64,000 nucleotides of DNA from an uncultured candidate division Zixibacteria bacterium (GCA_963664195.1 OY760907.1:3008001-3072000); one strand, 5' to 3'; numbered from the stretch's first letter, positions 16,907 through 27,655 are shown. A program made the numbers and translations. The notes: a model not told the origin generated them from the letters alone.

Positions 16907-19270
16907 ATGAGTAGTAAGTTCCTGTCGGTGTTATTCTGCTTGTTGCTGGCAGTGGCGGCACCTGCCAGCGCGGACTTCGTGCAGAGCGAATTGGACCTCG
17001 GAGCCGCAGACTCAATCGGAATCGAGTTCCCTGTGATTCCCCATGCAGCAACAAACCAGATGCAACTCCAGATGGACGTGCATGTGTTCAATGATGCCAA
17101 TACCCTCAGTGCCATTGGCATAGGTTTTTTCTGGGACAACCCCAATTTCGTCCTGGATTCTGTGACTTTAACGCCCAAGGCTCTGTCCGCTTTTAATTTT
17201 GGTCAGTACTTCTACTACAAAAATGATATCGACAGCTCGAACTTCTACGATCTCTGCCAGTTGGGTTTGGCGCGTAGCGGAGGACCGGGGTACTCAACGG
17301 AGCCAAACCGCCAATTGGTGGCGTCCTATTACTTCACGGCAGCCAGTTGGACGGTCAATGATTCGATAACGATTGACACCACTCATTACAGCGGAAGTAC
17401 GATATTGGCCTTTGCGGATGTTCAGACGCATCTGTACACGCCGTACTGGATCGGGGGGAGGGTCATCCACGACTCTGATTATACAGGTCCCACCAACCTG
17501 GTTATTTCTGAGGATACTCTGTTTTTCGAGTCTGTGCAGGGCGAGGCTACTCCCGTCCCGCAGACCTTTACAGTTGAGTCAGACAATGGGCCGCTGACTT
17601 TCAGTCTCCAGGAAGACGCCAGTTGGTTACAAAAGAGTCCCAACGGCGGGGCGACGCCGAGAACCATTAGCGTTTCGATCTCCACCCTGGGATTATCCCC
17701 GGCGACGTATTTTGATTCTATTCGTGTGAGTGCGACCGGGGCGGACAACAGTCCCCAGTATGTGTACGTGCAGTTTGACTATCAAGAGCCGCCGCCGACA
17801 ATCGGTGTGAATGTTTCGCAGATGGTCTTCAACGCGATTGCCGGTGGTGGCAATCCGACGGCTCAGATATTGTCGATTACAAATACCGGCGGATCGTCGC
17901 TGATGTGGACGGTTGACAATGATGAAGCCTGGCTGATGGTTTCACCGTCGAGTGGTACGGACGACGGCGATGCAACGGTTAGTGTGGACATAGCGGGGCT
18001 TGACTACGGAGATTACTTCGACACGTTGATTGTCAGCGATCCGGAAGCTACTAACGATCCTGTTCTGATCCCGGTGAGGTTGTCGATCCTGTCATCGCTT
18101 CCGGTAATCGATGTTGATACGATTTTCAACTTCGTTGTCGATGAAGCGGAACTGCCCGAGTTCACGCGCCTTATTGAGGTGAGAAATGGCGGCGGCGGTG
18201 ATCTGAACTTCTGGGTTCAGAGAAAAGTGAGTGCATCGGCGACCGTGCCCGAACTCATAGGATTCGATCCGGATACAGCATTGGCTCCGCAGATAATCAC
18301 TCTCGAGTACAGTGGAAGCACACCGTATGTTGATTTCATCAAGACTGACACCGTGCTTGTCTTCTGCAATGAGGCCGCGAATTCTCCTGTCGAGGTTGAA
18401 GTCAACCTGAAGATTGTGGTTGAGCCGGCCTTAATCGGCCCTTCAGCCAATCCGGTCGTTGTTGACGTCTACGAGTGCCAGCAGGGCATGGGCATGAGTC
18501 TTGAGCCTATGACATTCCAGATCAGCAATTTCGGCGGCGACGACCCGATGGAATTCGATCTGGCATATGAATCAGATATGTATTCGCTCGATGTTACCTC
18601 CGGCACGGCTCCGCAGACGATCACGCTGACTCCGCTGGTGGAGGACATGCCGGTCGGGACCTATCTTGACACCATCGTTGTCACGTCAACCTGGGCGATG
18701 AACAACCCGCTCGAGTTGATTGTGCACTACAATATCAACGAGGGTGACGAAGGACCGGAGATTGAGGCTTCCAGGGCGGAGTTCCTCTGGCCTTACCAGA
18801 TTGGTACCGGAGCGCTGGCTGATTCAGGGTTCACTGTTTGCAACCGTTTTGGCGGTTGCATGCCGTGGCAAATCGAAAACGAAACCGGCTGGATGACGAC
18901 TTCGATCACCGAAGGCAACGCCAATGATCATTTGAATATCATTGTCGAGCCTGTCGGACTGACGATCGGCGAGTATGTTGATACGGTCAGCGTGCTGGCC
19001 GTGGGTGCAACGAACAGTCCTCTGGAACTGGAGATGAAGTTGCAGGTCTGGTTGTATCGAGGCGACTGGGATTGGGACGGTATCGTTTCGATGACAGATC
19101 TTACGCTCATGATCAATTGGCTGTTCATCGACCTTGGCGATATTCCTCCCATGCCGGTTATGGAGGTAGGGAATACTGATTGTGAGGGGACCGAGATTAC
19201 GATGTCTGATCTGACCGCGCTTATTGATCACCTGTTTATTTCGCTTGATCCGATCTGCGGTAATCCGTAG
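16907..19270 (+). CDS. Secreted multidomain protein: possible cohesin-like N-domain, BACON/Ig-like repeats, C-terminal dockerin-like domain
   Basis: AGGAGG SD, signal peptide; repeated WL.vsP.sG...DxIxVsa.ga.NsP units; duplicated GDWDWDG..SMTDLT.MI.WLF / GNTDC..TMSDLTALIDHLF. Confidence 0.75.
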   Translation: MSSKFLSVLFCLLLAVAAPASADFVQSELDLGAADSIGIEFPVIPHAATNQMQLQMDVHVFNDANTLSAIGIGFFWDNPNFVLDSVTLTPKALSAFNFGQYFYYKNDIDSSNFYDLCQLGLARSGGPGYSTEPNRQLVASYYFTAASWTVNDSITIDTTHYSGSTILAFADVQTHLYTPYWIGGRVIHDSDYTGPTNLVISEDTLFFESVQGEATPVPQTFTVESDNGPLTFSLQEDASWLQKSPNGGATPRTISVSISTLGLSPATYFDSIRVSATGADNSPQYVYVQFDYQEPPPTIGVNVSQMVFNAIAGGGNPTAQILSITNTGGSSLMWTVDNDEAWLMVSPSSGTDDGDATVSVDIAGLDYGDYFDTLIVSDPEATNDPVLIPVRLSILSSLPVIDVDTIFNFVVDEAELPEFTRLIEVRNGGGGDLNFWVQRKVSASATVPELIGFDPDTALAPQIITLEYSGSTPYVDFIKTDTVLVFCNEAANSPVEVEVNLKIVVEPALIGPSANPVVVDVYECQQGMGMSLEPMTFQISNFGGDDPMEFDLAYESDMYSLDVTSGTAPQTITLTPLVEDMPVGTYLDTIVVTSTWAMNNPLELIVHYNINEGDEGPEIEASRAEFLWPYQIGTGALADSGFTVCNRFGGCMPWQIENETGWMTTSITEGNANDHLNIIVEPVGLTIGEYVDTVSVLAVGATNSPLELEMKLQVWLYRGDWDWDGIVSMTDLTLMINWLFIDLGDIPPMPVMEVGNTDCEGTEITMSDLTALIDHLFISLDPICGNP

Positions 19271-19298
19271 GTCCGGCCTGTCACGGGTTTGATTTTAT

Positions 19299-19336
19299 GC
19301 GCCGCTGTCTGTAACGACCGCGGCGCTCTTTTTTTT
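19299..19336 (+). terminator. Rho-independent terminator
   Basis: GCGCCGC...GCGGCGC followed by a T run. Confidence 0.7.
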
Positions 19337-19490
19337 CGCTCGACAGGACCCTTGACAGGGGGGCGTATGTTACTATCTTGAGAACTGTCGACATACTTCT
19401 CAAGGGAATCTGTTCAGCCGGAGTGCTCTACGAGTCTTGCCCGACAGATTTCGCCAATTGAAACGCAAAATTTAGCGACGGAGGTCACAG

Positions 19491-21752
19491 TTGACTATAT
19501 ACGTGCGCCTGTTCTGTTTTTCTATTCTGCTTCTGGGATTGCTGTTTACCAACGGTTCTGCGGTGGAGCAAAGCCACGGCTTCTCTTCTGAGATCGATCA
19601 ACTGCCGGCCTCTGACCTGCACAAAATGATGGCGGAGCGCAAGGCCGTTCAACTGGAGAAGTCTCGAGCGGCTGCTCGTATTCTTGCCGATGAGCCTCAG
19701 CGGGACCAAACAAACTACGATGTTGGTTTTTATGACATAAGCATCCGAGTCAACGACACGACAGAGATTCTCGAAGGTGTGGTCAAGATTGTCGCCAAAG
19801 CCGCCGTGGATGGCGTGAGCCAGGTTGAAGTCGATCTCCAAGCCGAAATGATCGCCGACTCGCTTGTCGCGCCGTCCGGTTTGCTGGCGTATACTCGCAG
19901 TGGTAATGTGGTCACGGTTACGCTGGATCAATCCTTCCTGGCGGGTGAGACGTTTGAGTTTGATTTCTGGTATCACGGACACCCGACCGAGGGTGGCCTC
20001 AAGGCGTTTGCGTTTGATACCTATAACGGCGAACCTTCGATCAGTTCTCTGTCGGAACCGTACTTTTCCCGGAGCTGGTGGCCGTGCAAGGACCGGAACG
20101 ACGACAAGGCTGATTCCTTTAAGACGCACATCACTGTGGACTCCTCGCTCTACTGTGCCTCCAACGGTGATCTCGACTCCGTTACGAGCGCGGGGAACAG
20201 GGAGACGTTTCACTATACGATGCGGTACCCGATGGTCACGTATCTCTTCTCGGTGGCCATCGCGCCGTTTACTATCTGGTCGCAAGACTACGTGTTCAAC
20301 GGCGGTGCAGATACAATGCCGATCATTCACCACACGTACTCGAACTGGTACAATACCTCTCTGACATCCGGCTGGAGCCAATCGCCTGAGATTATGAGTA
20401 TCCTGTCGGACAACTACGGTCCGTATCCGTTCCTCGACCACAAATACGGTCATGCCAATTTCGAGTGGGGCGGAGGTATGGAACACCAGACCCTGACTTC
20501 CATGGGGGCCAGCTCGTTTGGTTTCAGCACCAACGTGACCGTCCACGAGATGGGGCACCAATGGTGGGGGGACATGATCACGTGCAAATCGTGGGAGGAT
20601 ATCTGGCTCAATGAGGGCTGGGCGTCATACACCGAGGCGCTGTACCACCTGGCTGTTTCCGGCTGGCCCGCCTATCACAGCTACATGGCCGGCATGGACT
20701 ACTACGGAGGCGGAACGATCTGGGTCGATGATACAACCGATGTTTGGCGCATTTTCAACGGTAACCTGAGCTATGACAAGGGGGCCTGGGTCTGCCACAT
20801 GCTGCGCGGCGTGCTGGGTGAGTTCAAGTTTTTCGCGGGAGTCGATGCGTACTACAACTCCGAGTTCAAGTACGGCGCTGCCAATACGGAGGATTTCAAG
20901 AACGTGTTTGAGGCGGCCACGGGGGAAGAGCTTGACTGGTTTTTTGACGAATGGATTTATGGAACCTACTATCCCGATTACGAGTATTCGTATTTCCAGG
21001 AACCGTCGGACACCGGCGGCTACGACGTCTACTTATACATTGACCAGACACAGAATACCATGCCTCGCGTGTTCCATATGCCGGTTGATCTCTTCTTCAA
21101 TCAGTCAAGCGGTCCTGATGATACGCTGACCCTGAAAATCGAACAGGATCCGCAGTTGTTCCGTCTGAATCGCCCGACTTCAGTGAGCCAGATTCTCTTG
21201 GACCCCTCGGACTGGATATTGAAACAGGAGACGCAGGTGTCCTGGACGATGCATATATTGTCGATCGACGGCGAGTTATCCGATGGCAACAGGAGCGCCG
21301 CGTATATTGATACCGTGCAGTTCCGGGGTGGCACCGGCAGCAGCACCGTGGCTGTCATCTCCGGCGCTCTCCCGCCGGGATTGAACATCAACAACAGTGC
21401 GATCATATCCGGCGTTCCGTCCGATACGGGGACATACTCGTTCCGGGTGCGGGTCTACAATAGCGGCACCGGCTACTCGGATGAGGCCAGCTTCACGATG
21501 CACATTGGTCCGGCGCTGACCTGTTGTACGGGACCTTCGCGCGGTAATGTCGACGGCTCTGTGGACAATCTGGTAACGATGGGCGACCTGACAGTGCTTA
21601 TCGATCACCTGTTTATCAGCCTTGAACCGCTGGCGTGTATCGACGAGGGCAATGTCGATTTGAGCGCTGACGATTTGGTGACGATGGGTGATCTGACGGT
21701 TTTGATCGACCATCTGTTTATCGATCTGAACCCGCTTCCGGCCTGCCCGTAG
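19491..21752 (+). CDS. Secreted M1 family aminopeptidase with Ig-like and dockerin-like C-terminal domains
   Basis: GGMEH, HEMGH...NEGWASY, YDKG; twin GNVDxS.D.LVTMGDLTVLIDHLFI repeats. Confidence 0.9.
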   Translation: MTIYVRLFCFSILLLGLLFTNGSAVEQSHGFSSEIDQLPASDLHKMMAERKAVQLEKSRAAARILADEPQRDQTNYDVGFYDISIRVNDTTEILEGVVKIVAKAAVDGVSQVEVDLQAEMIADSLVAPSGLLAYTRSGNVVTVTLDQSFLAGETFEFDFWYHGHPTEGGLKAFAFDTYNGEPSISSLSEPYFSRSWWPCKDRNDDKADSFKTHITVDSSLYCASNGDLDSVTSAGNRETFHYTMRYPMVTYLFSVAIAPFTIWSQDYVFNGGADTMPIIHHTYSNWYNTSLTSGWSQSPEIMSILSDNYGPYPFLDHKYGHANFEWGGGMEHQTLTSMGASSFGFSTNVTVHEMGHQWWGDMITCKSWEDIWLNEGWASYTEALYHLAVSGWPAYHSYMAGMDYYGGGTIWVDDTTDVWRIFNGNLSYDKGAWVCHMLRGVLGEFKFFAGVDAYYNSEFKYGAANTEDFKNVFEAATGEELDWFFDEWIYGTYYPDYEYSYFQEPSDTGGYDVYLYIDQTQNTMPRVFHMPVDLFFNQSSGPDDTLTLKIEQDPQLFRLNRPTSVSQILLDPSDWILKQETQVSWTMHILSIDGELSDGNRSAAYIDTVQFRGGTGSSTVAVISGALPPGLNINNSAIISGVPSDTGTYSFRVRVYNSGTGYSDEASFTMHIGPALTCCTGPSRGNVDGSVDNLVTMGDLTVLIDHLFISLEPLACIDEGNVDLSADDLVTMGDLTVLIDHLFIDLNPLPACP

Positions 21753-21776
21753 AAATCGAACGCGATAGATGTTATG

Positions 21777-21812
21777 AACGGCCATGCATTCGAGAGAGTG
21801 CGTGGCCGTTTT
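21777..21812 (+). terminator. Probable terminator
   Basis: AACGGCCATGCATT...AGTGCGTGGCCGTT followed by TT. Confidence 0.6.
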
Positions 21813-21983
21813 GTGGGATCGGCGGAGCGATCAAGTGATCCCATAGCACTCCTAAAACCCTGTTTTATGTTGATTTTACAGGCCAAAACCGTATTATCCG
21901 AAGATGGCCCGTGGAGGGTCTAACGGACGTTCGATCCCAAGGATCCGGCGTCCTCCAACGGTCACTTCAGGGGTTAGAAGACA

Positions 21984-23303
21984 GTGTCCAGAGAACGGAA
22001 AATTGAGACCTTCCATGTGTCCACTTACGGATGCCAGATGAATCTGGCCGATTCCGCGACTCTCTGTGCCTCGCTCATCACCCGTGGGTACCGTCGCGTC
22101 GCCGAGGAAAAGGACGCTGACCTGATCGTTCTCAACACCTGTTCTGTCCGCGAGAAAGCCGAGGATCGTGTAATGGGCCGTCTCGGCGAAATCAAGGGCT
22201 TCAAAGACTCCCGGCCGGGTATGAAGATAGCCGTTGTCGGATGCATGGCCCAGCGTCTGGGAGAAGATCTGATCCGTCGCGCCCCTCATGTTGATTACGT
22301 TCTTGGCACGGATCGTCTGTTTGAACTACCTGACCTGGTCGAAGGATTGGAAGGCACCTCGGGTGTTATGACGGCCTTTGGTCACGAGAACATTGATGAC
22401 ATCCAGCCGACTCTTGAGAACGCTCATTCCGGTTTTGTGACGATTTCCCGAGGTTGCGAGAATTTCTGCACGTACTGCATCGTCCCCTATGTCCGTGGCA
22501 AGGAGCGATCTCATTCGGCTGATCATATCATCGCTGCCGTCAGGAAGATGGTCGATGAGGGAGCGGTTGAGGTCACGCTGCTCGGTCAGAACGTCAACAG
22601 CTACTCTTTCGAGGACATGGATTTCCCCGACCTCCTCAAGAGAGTTGCAGCAGAATCGGGCTGTCAGCGTATCAGATTTATGACATCTCACCCGAAGGAT
22701 CTTTCGGCAAAGTTGGTCGCCACGATTGCTGCAGAGCCTAAGATCATGCCGCATATTCATCTTCCGCTGCAATCGGGATCAGATCGTGTGCTCAAACGGA
22801 TGGGGCGGGTTTACTCGTACGATCATTACAGGGGAATCGTGGAGAATATCCGGTCGCAACTCGACTATGTGACGCTGACGACTGATCTGATAGTCGGGTT
22901 TCCCTCGGAAACGCTGGAGGAATTCGAGATGACCCTTGCGGCGGTGCGCGATATTCAGTATGACAGCGCATTCATGTTCCGCTACTCGGTGCGTTCCGGG
23001 ACAACGGCAGCCGGATTCGACGACGATGTTCCCGAGGAGGAAAAGATACGGCGGTTGAACGAGTTGATCGCTCTGCAGCAGCAGGTGTCATTTGAACGCA
23101 ATCAGCGCGAGGTGGGGGAGATCAGGTACAGTGTGATCGAGGGGCCTTCGCGACGATCGGGGCAGTTCGCGCGCGCTCGAACTGAGGGAAACAAGACAGT
23201 GATTTTCGAGACGGACAGGATAGATGAAGGCACCGTGGTGCCCGTGCGGATCACTTCAGCCGACGCCTTCACCTTGCACGGTGAACCGGTGGAGACCAAT
23301 TGA
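21984..23303 (+). CDS. miaB: tRNA-2-methylthio-N6-dimethylallyladenosine synthase
   Basis: TYGCQMN, NTCSVREKAE, GCMAQ, radical SAM CENFCTYC, FMTSHPKD, TRAM domain. Confidence 0.95.
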   Translation: MSRERKIETFHVSTYGCQMNLADSATLCASLITRGYRRVAEEKDADLIVLNTCSVREKAEDRVMGRLGEIKGFKDSRPGMKIAVVGCMAQRLGEDLIRRAPHVDYVLGTDRLFELPDLVEGLEGTSGVMTAFGHENIDDIQPTLENAHSGFVTISRGCENFCTYCIVPYVRGKERSHSADHIIAAVRKMVDEGAVEVTLLGQNVNSYSFEDMDFPDLLKRVAAESGCQRIRFMTSHPKDLSAKLVATIAAEPKIMPHIHLPLQSGSDRVLKRMGRVYSYDHYRGIVENIRSQLDYVTLTTDLIVGFPSETLEEFEMTLAAVRDIQYDSAFMFRYSVRSGTTAAGFDDDVPEEEKIRRLNELIALQQQVSFERNQREVGEIRYSVIEGPSRRSGQFARARTEGNKTVIFETDRIDEGTVVPVRITSADAFTLHGEPVETN

Positions 23304-26248
23304 TGCTTAGTATGCTTCCTTCGTTGCTCATGCCGGTGATAGTCCTGGTGGTTTTCGTATTTCTGACGATCAGGCTGGGGCTTTTCTCTGCCCGCGAGAG
23401 CGGGGGACGATACACGTTCGTAATCGGCGGAGTGCTGATTCTTGCCGCCTCGGTCTGGCAGGCGGTCAAAGAGACTCCGGAGTATTCCGACTGGTTTGTT
23501 CTCTCTGCTTATCCGATGATCGACTTCGCTCAATTCGTTTTGCTGACCCTTGGTATCATGTTGACCGTGGTTGGTCTGGCCCTGTACGCAGATTACTGGC
23601 AGACGCAGCGCGATGACATCGAGACACGCAAATCGCGATTGTCGATACTGGACAACCTGCACCATGACGCCCGTCAGCCGTACCACCTGCTTGAGCTTCT
23701 GAATATATCCCTGAAGGAGATCATGTTGCAGCAGCCGATGGCCTCCGGGGCGCTCTTCTTGGTGAACCGTACGCAGCGTCGGTTTGTGTTGACCTCATCG
23801 CAGGGTCTCAGCAAAGAAGAAACGGCACTTGCCGAGTATTATCCACTCGGTCGGAACATAGCGAGCCAGGCGCTGGAGCTTGGGGATCCCACACTGGTCT
23901 CCCGATTCGAGTTCATTGACCGTTCGGGCGGTGCGGTTGCCACGCGGTTCAAGAGCTGCCTCATTCTACCGCTGACGTCTGGGATGGAGAAGATCGGTCT
24001 GTTGATTCTCTGGTCGGAGGAAACAAAGCATTTCAGCACCACGGACATTGAGTACCTGGCGCCGGTAGTGCAATGGCTGGCGGAGAAGATTCGTTCTGCC
24101 CGGCTTGCCCGTGAGTTGAGTCAAGCTCAGGCCGGATCGGAGGAGCAGTCGGCCGGGTTTGCCGGAATGCTGACCCGATTTGGTGCCGTGTCACGCGCCC
24201 TGAACGCCAGCGATCCGTTGACGGCTTTCTGTCAGGCGATGGCCGGTACGATCGGCAGTGAGTCGGTACATCTCTGCGGCATGCAGGAGGGTGAACTGGT
24301 CATCCATAGCGGCAGTACGCCGATGCTGGAAATATCAGAGAACTACCGGACAGCCCTGATCGACGCGGTGGACAGAACAAGACCGCTGATTATCAATCAG
24401 GAAAACACGGATCCCGATCAGGCCAAGGGCGTCATTGCCTCGAGCCTGGTATTTCCGCTGGTTTCGAAAGACCGACAAGATGCCCTGCTGTTCGTTCGCA
24501 GCGGACATCCGTTCAAAGTCAACGATGATGACCTCGCCATGCTGGAGTCTTTCGCCTGGCTGGCAGCACTTGTCCTCAGACGCGACGATGGCGACAAACT
24601 CAGCCTGATGAGACGGACCGGCTTCGACGCCGTTCTCAAGATGCTCAAGAGTGACAGCAAAGTGCATCGGTTCGAAGAGGATCCCGGCGAGTTCATCCGG
24701 ACTATGGTAGAGGCACTGCCGTTCGAAGCGATAGGTTTGTCCTTTTATCGAGACGAAGGCGGGGCGTTGACTCCGGCAGCGGTCACGGGTGTGGGTCTGG
24801 ATGTGGGTGACCTGTCGTTTGAAGTATTCTCGGGCGAAGGTGCCCTGGGGGATGCTTCGTTGTATGGTGATGCGCAGTTTGCGTTCGGCAAGGATCAGGT
24901 CAAGGCTTCGCTTGAATCGTACGACGGGACCAATCGGGATGTTTTTAACAGCCTCTTTGGAGAGAGCGGGACCCCGGATTTTGTGGCTTGCCTTCCGATA
25001 ACCGTTGTTGATGACGTTGTTGGTGTGACCTTGTTTGCCGTTTACGACCTTCAGGAGAGAGACAGGGGGGAGATGGAACGCCTGCTTCTCCTGGCGGCCG
25101 AGTTGTATGCACTTCGCCTGACGATGGTGAAGTTGCTGAATCTTGCGAGGGAGGAGACTTCGGGACAGATGTCTGCTCCGGTGATGAGCGCAACAGCTAG
25201 CGCAGGTGCACTTGCGGAAATCAACGATCGCTTTGCGGCCATAATCGGTATTGCGAAACTGGCAGAAAAGCGTCCGGATATCTCGGGCGAAAACGAAGCG
25301 GTTCTCCGACAGATTATCGAGGAAGCCGAGGAAACGCTTGAATTCCTCAGACAGAACCTGGCGCCTGCCGTGGACGGGCCGGGTAATTCTGAACCCATTG
25401 AAATCGTGAGGGCAAAGGGCGTCAACGACACCATTGAAGAGGTGCTGGAATCTCTTCACGTCTCCGGCGATCTGTACATGGCCGGTCAGCGTCCGCGTGA
25501 GATCCGTTTGAAGTTGGATGCGCTCGGTCCGATTGCGCTGGCTACCGATGAGATCCGTGATCTCTTTGAGTCCGTGCTAAACAGGTTCTCGTCGATTGCC
25601 CATGATGACGATGTCATTTCGGTTGCCACGTACACTCAGGATGGGTATGCATATCTTGATGTTTCCCGGCATCCGCGCAACTTTCCGCCGGTCAAACAGG
25701 TTGCCGGTTTCGGACAGTACAGTCTTTCCAAGACAGCGCTTGAGAACAGGCCCGGGGATGTATACCTTCGCCATCTCAAGGGGGCTGAGAGCTACTATTC
25801 GGTTGACAATACCAGCGCCGTGCCTTCGTTTCTTTCCTTCAAGTTTCCGCTCCGAAGGATCGACGAATCGACTCCCGCCGAGGGGCCGGTCTCCCTGTTG
25901 GCCATCGACGACCACGAAGTGATTCTAGACCTCATTTCGGCCATGGGGAAATCACTCGGGTACCATGTTACGACTGCCCTCTCAGGTGAAGAAGGGCTTG
26001 AGTTGGCGAGGGAAGGACGGTTCGACTTGATTCTGACCGATCTGACTCTTCCGGGCGTCTCGGGATTGGATGTTGCACGCAGGATTCGGGCTGATTCTCC
26101 GGAACTGCCGATCATTCTGGTAACGGGTTGGGAATCGAAGCTGGATTCGGTCGAATTGAGTGCTTCAGGCATTTCCAGAGTCCTCTACAAACCTTTTAGG
26201 ATTGAGCAACTTACAGACATTGTCCAATCGGTCATAGCCCGGTCCTGA
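23303..26248 (+). CDS. Membrane GAF-domain sensor with a degenerate His-kinase core and an intact receiver domain
   Basis: 3 N-terminal TMs, GAF-like regions; H-box position reads ALAEIND (no His); receiver IDD...LTD..LPG...VTG...KPF; TGATG overlap with miaB. Confidence 0.78.
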   Translation: MLSMLPSLLMPVIVLVVFVFLTIRLGLFSARESGGRYTFVIGGVLILAASVWQAVKETPEYSDWFVLSAYPMIDFAQFVLLTLGIMLTVVGLALYADYWQTQRDDIETRKSRLSILDNLHHDARQPYHLLELLNISLKEIMLQQPMASGALFLVNRTQRRFVLTSSQGLSKEETALAEYYPLGRNIASQALELGDPTLVSRFEFIDRSGGAVATRFKSCLILPLTSGMEKIGLLILWSEETKHFSTTDIEYLAPVVQWLAEKIRSARLARELSQAQAGSEEQSAGFAGMLTRFGAVSRALNASDPLTAFCQAMAGTIGSESVHLCGMQEGELVIHSGSTPMLEISENYRTALIDAVDRTRPLIINQENTDPDQAKGVIASSLVFPLVSKDRQDALLFVRSGHPFKVNDDDLAMLESFAWLAALVLRRDDGDKLSLMRRTGFDAVLKMLKSDSKVHRFEEDPGEFIRTMVEALPFEAIGLSFYRDEGGALTPAAVTGVGLDVGDLSFEVFSGEGALGDASLYGDAQFAFGKDQVKASLESYDGTNRDVFNSLFGESGTPDFVACLPITVVDDVVGVTLFAVYDLQERDRGEMERLLLLAAELYALRLTMVKLLNLAREETSGQMSAPVMSATASAGALAEINDRFAAIIGIAKLAEKRPDISGENEAVLRQIIEEAEETLEFLRQNLAPAVDGPGNSEPIEIVRAKGVNDTIEEVLESLHVSGDLYMAGQRPREIRLKLDALGPIALATDEIRDLFESVLNRFSSIAHDDDVISVATYTQDGYAYLDVSRHPRNFPPVKQVAGFGQYSLSKTALENRPGDVYLRHLKGAESYYSVDNTSAVPSFLSFKFPLRRIDESTPAEGPVSLLAIDDHEVILDLISAMGKSLGYHVTTALSGEEGLELAREGRFDLILTDLTLPGVSGLDVARRIRADSPELPIILVTGWESKLDSVELSASGISRVLYKPFRIEQLTDIVQSVIARS

Positions 26249-26267
26249 GTTTTCTGCATTCCCGCTC

Positions 26268-26295
26268 TAAATCGTCTCCTGCTATTTGCCGACAT
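26268..26295 (+). promoter_or_regulatory. Sigma28 (FliA/SigD)-like promoter
   Basis: TAAA-N16-GCCGACAT. Confidence 0.6.
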
Positions 26296-26326
26296 AGGTA
26301 GCATATCCCAAGGAGTACAGCGCGTA

Positions 26327-27649
26327 ATGGAAAAACTCGATATCATTTCTCAGATCAAGGAACAGGACGGCCTGTTGTCCCTTCCTCAGGCCCTGGCCGA
26401 GATTCTTCGAGAAGTTGACAACCCTGATTTTAGTGCCGAAAGCCTCGCAAAAATCATCCTTAGAGACCCCTCTCTTACCGGCAGGATTCTGAAACTGGCA
26501 AACTCTTCAATGTACCAGCGGCGCACGCCTATTACGAATGTCCACCAGGCAGTGCAATTGCTGGGAGCGACCACCGTGAAATGCCTGGCGCTATCGACAT
26601 CGGTATTCCATCCTGACCAGATTCAGGAGAGTTCCGGCATTGATGCCCAGATGTATTTCGCCAACGTATTGACCGTAGCCTCAGCCTGTGAGAAAGTCGC
26701 CGAGAAAGTGCAATTCAAGCGTGTAGAGGATGCATTTGTGGCCGGTTTGCTGCACGACATCGGCACGATGTTCTTTATGCACCACTATCCAGGCGAATAC
26801 CGTCTGGTCGTTGATGGACGCGTTCCAAAGGCGAGGACCACGTGTGAAGCTGAGCGTATGGTCTTTGGTGTGGATCACTGTGAGGCCGGCTACCATCTTG
26901 CGACGCGGTGGCGCCTGCCGTCCTATGTAGCCGATGCTATCCGTCAGCACCATACCCCCGAGGACTCGGAGAAGGCAGATCAGATAACGAACATTGTCGG
27001 CCTGTCGTGCCTTTTGAACGAAGAGACAACTACGGGCTACCGTATGGATCTCGAAGATCGACTGAGGGCTATCAACCGTGCCGCCGAGGCTTTGGATATG
27101 TCCAAAGAGGATGTCGATGCCGTGTCCGTGTCGCTGATGGCTTCCACGATTTCTGTCGCCGAGTATCTCGGTGTTGATATAGGCGACATTGAGGAGATGC
27201 TCACTCGTGCCAACCAGGAGATCTGGAGCACGTACCTGATGATCGAAAACCTGTTCAAAGAACGTCAGGAAATGAGTAAGAAACTCCTCCAGCAGGAACG
27301 CGCACGTGGAGCATACGAGTCCAAGACGATTGCCATGGCGACGCTGTCGCATTATCTGAACAACGCCGCGATGGCGATATCCGGCCGTTCGCAGTTGATG
27401 CGGATGCAGTTCAACAAGGGCAACGAGGATGGGCTTCGCCAGGGCATGCCCGGTGCGTTGGATGTCATCGACAAGTCCATCAAGAAGATGGTCGCTGTGT
27501 TGGCAGAGATGTCGGAGATATCACCAATTGATGAGGTCGAATTCCTCAGCACGTCAAAGGCGATGAATATGGATGACCGTATCGCCAGGCGAATGACTGA
27601 GATGGACGGCAACGAAATTGTCTCGCGAGAGACAGAACTCTGCTCCTGA
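26327..27649 (+). CDS. HDOD domain protein with a C-terminal HisKA-like (DHp) segment
   Basis: SLP...DPSLTGRILKLANS, AGLLHDIG, DHCEAG..LATRWRLP, HH; LSHYLNNAAMAISG. Confidence 0.85.
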   Translation: MEKLDIISQIKEQDGLLSLPQALAEILREVDNPDFSAESLAKIILRDPSLTGRILKLANSSMYQRRTPITNVHQAVQLLGATTVKCLALSTSVFHPDQIQESSGIDAQMYFANVLTVASACEKVAEKVQFKRVEDAFVAGLLHDIGTMFFMHHYPGEYRLVVDGRVPKARTTCEAERMVFGVDHCEAGYHLATRWRLPSYVADAIRQHHTPEDSEKADQITNIVGLSCLLNEETTTGYRMDLEDRLRAINRAAEALDMSKEDVDAVSVSLMASTISVAEYLGVDIGDIEEMLTRANQEIWSTYLMIENLFKERQEMSKKLLQQERARGAYESKTIAMATLSHYLNNAAMAISGRSQLMRMQFNKGNEDGLRQGMPGALDVIDKSIKKMVAVLAEMSEISPIDEVEFLSTSKAMNMDDRIARRMTEMDGNEIVSRETELCS

Positions 27650-27655
27650 AGTGTA

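Noticed and set aside
21543..21723. Direct repeat that might be a CRISPR or DGR template/variable pair
   Set aside because: It is the duplicated dockerin-like motif, differing mostly at synonymous sites; no RT or cas gene is present
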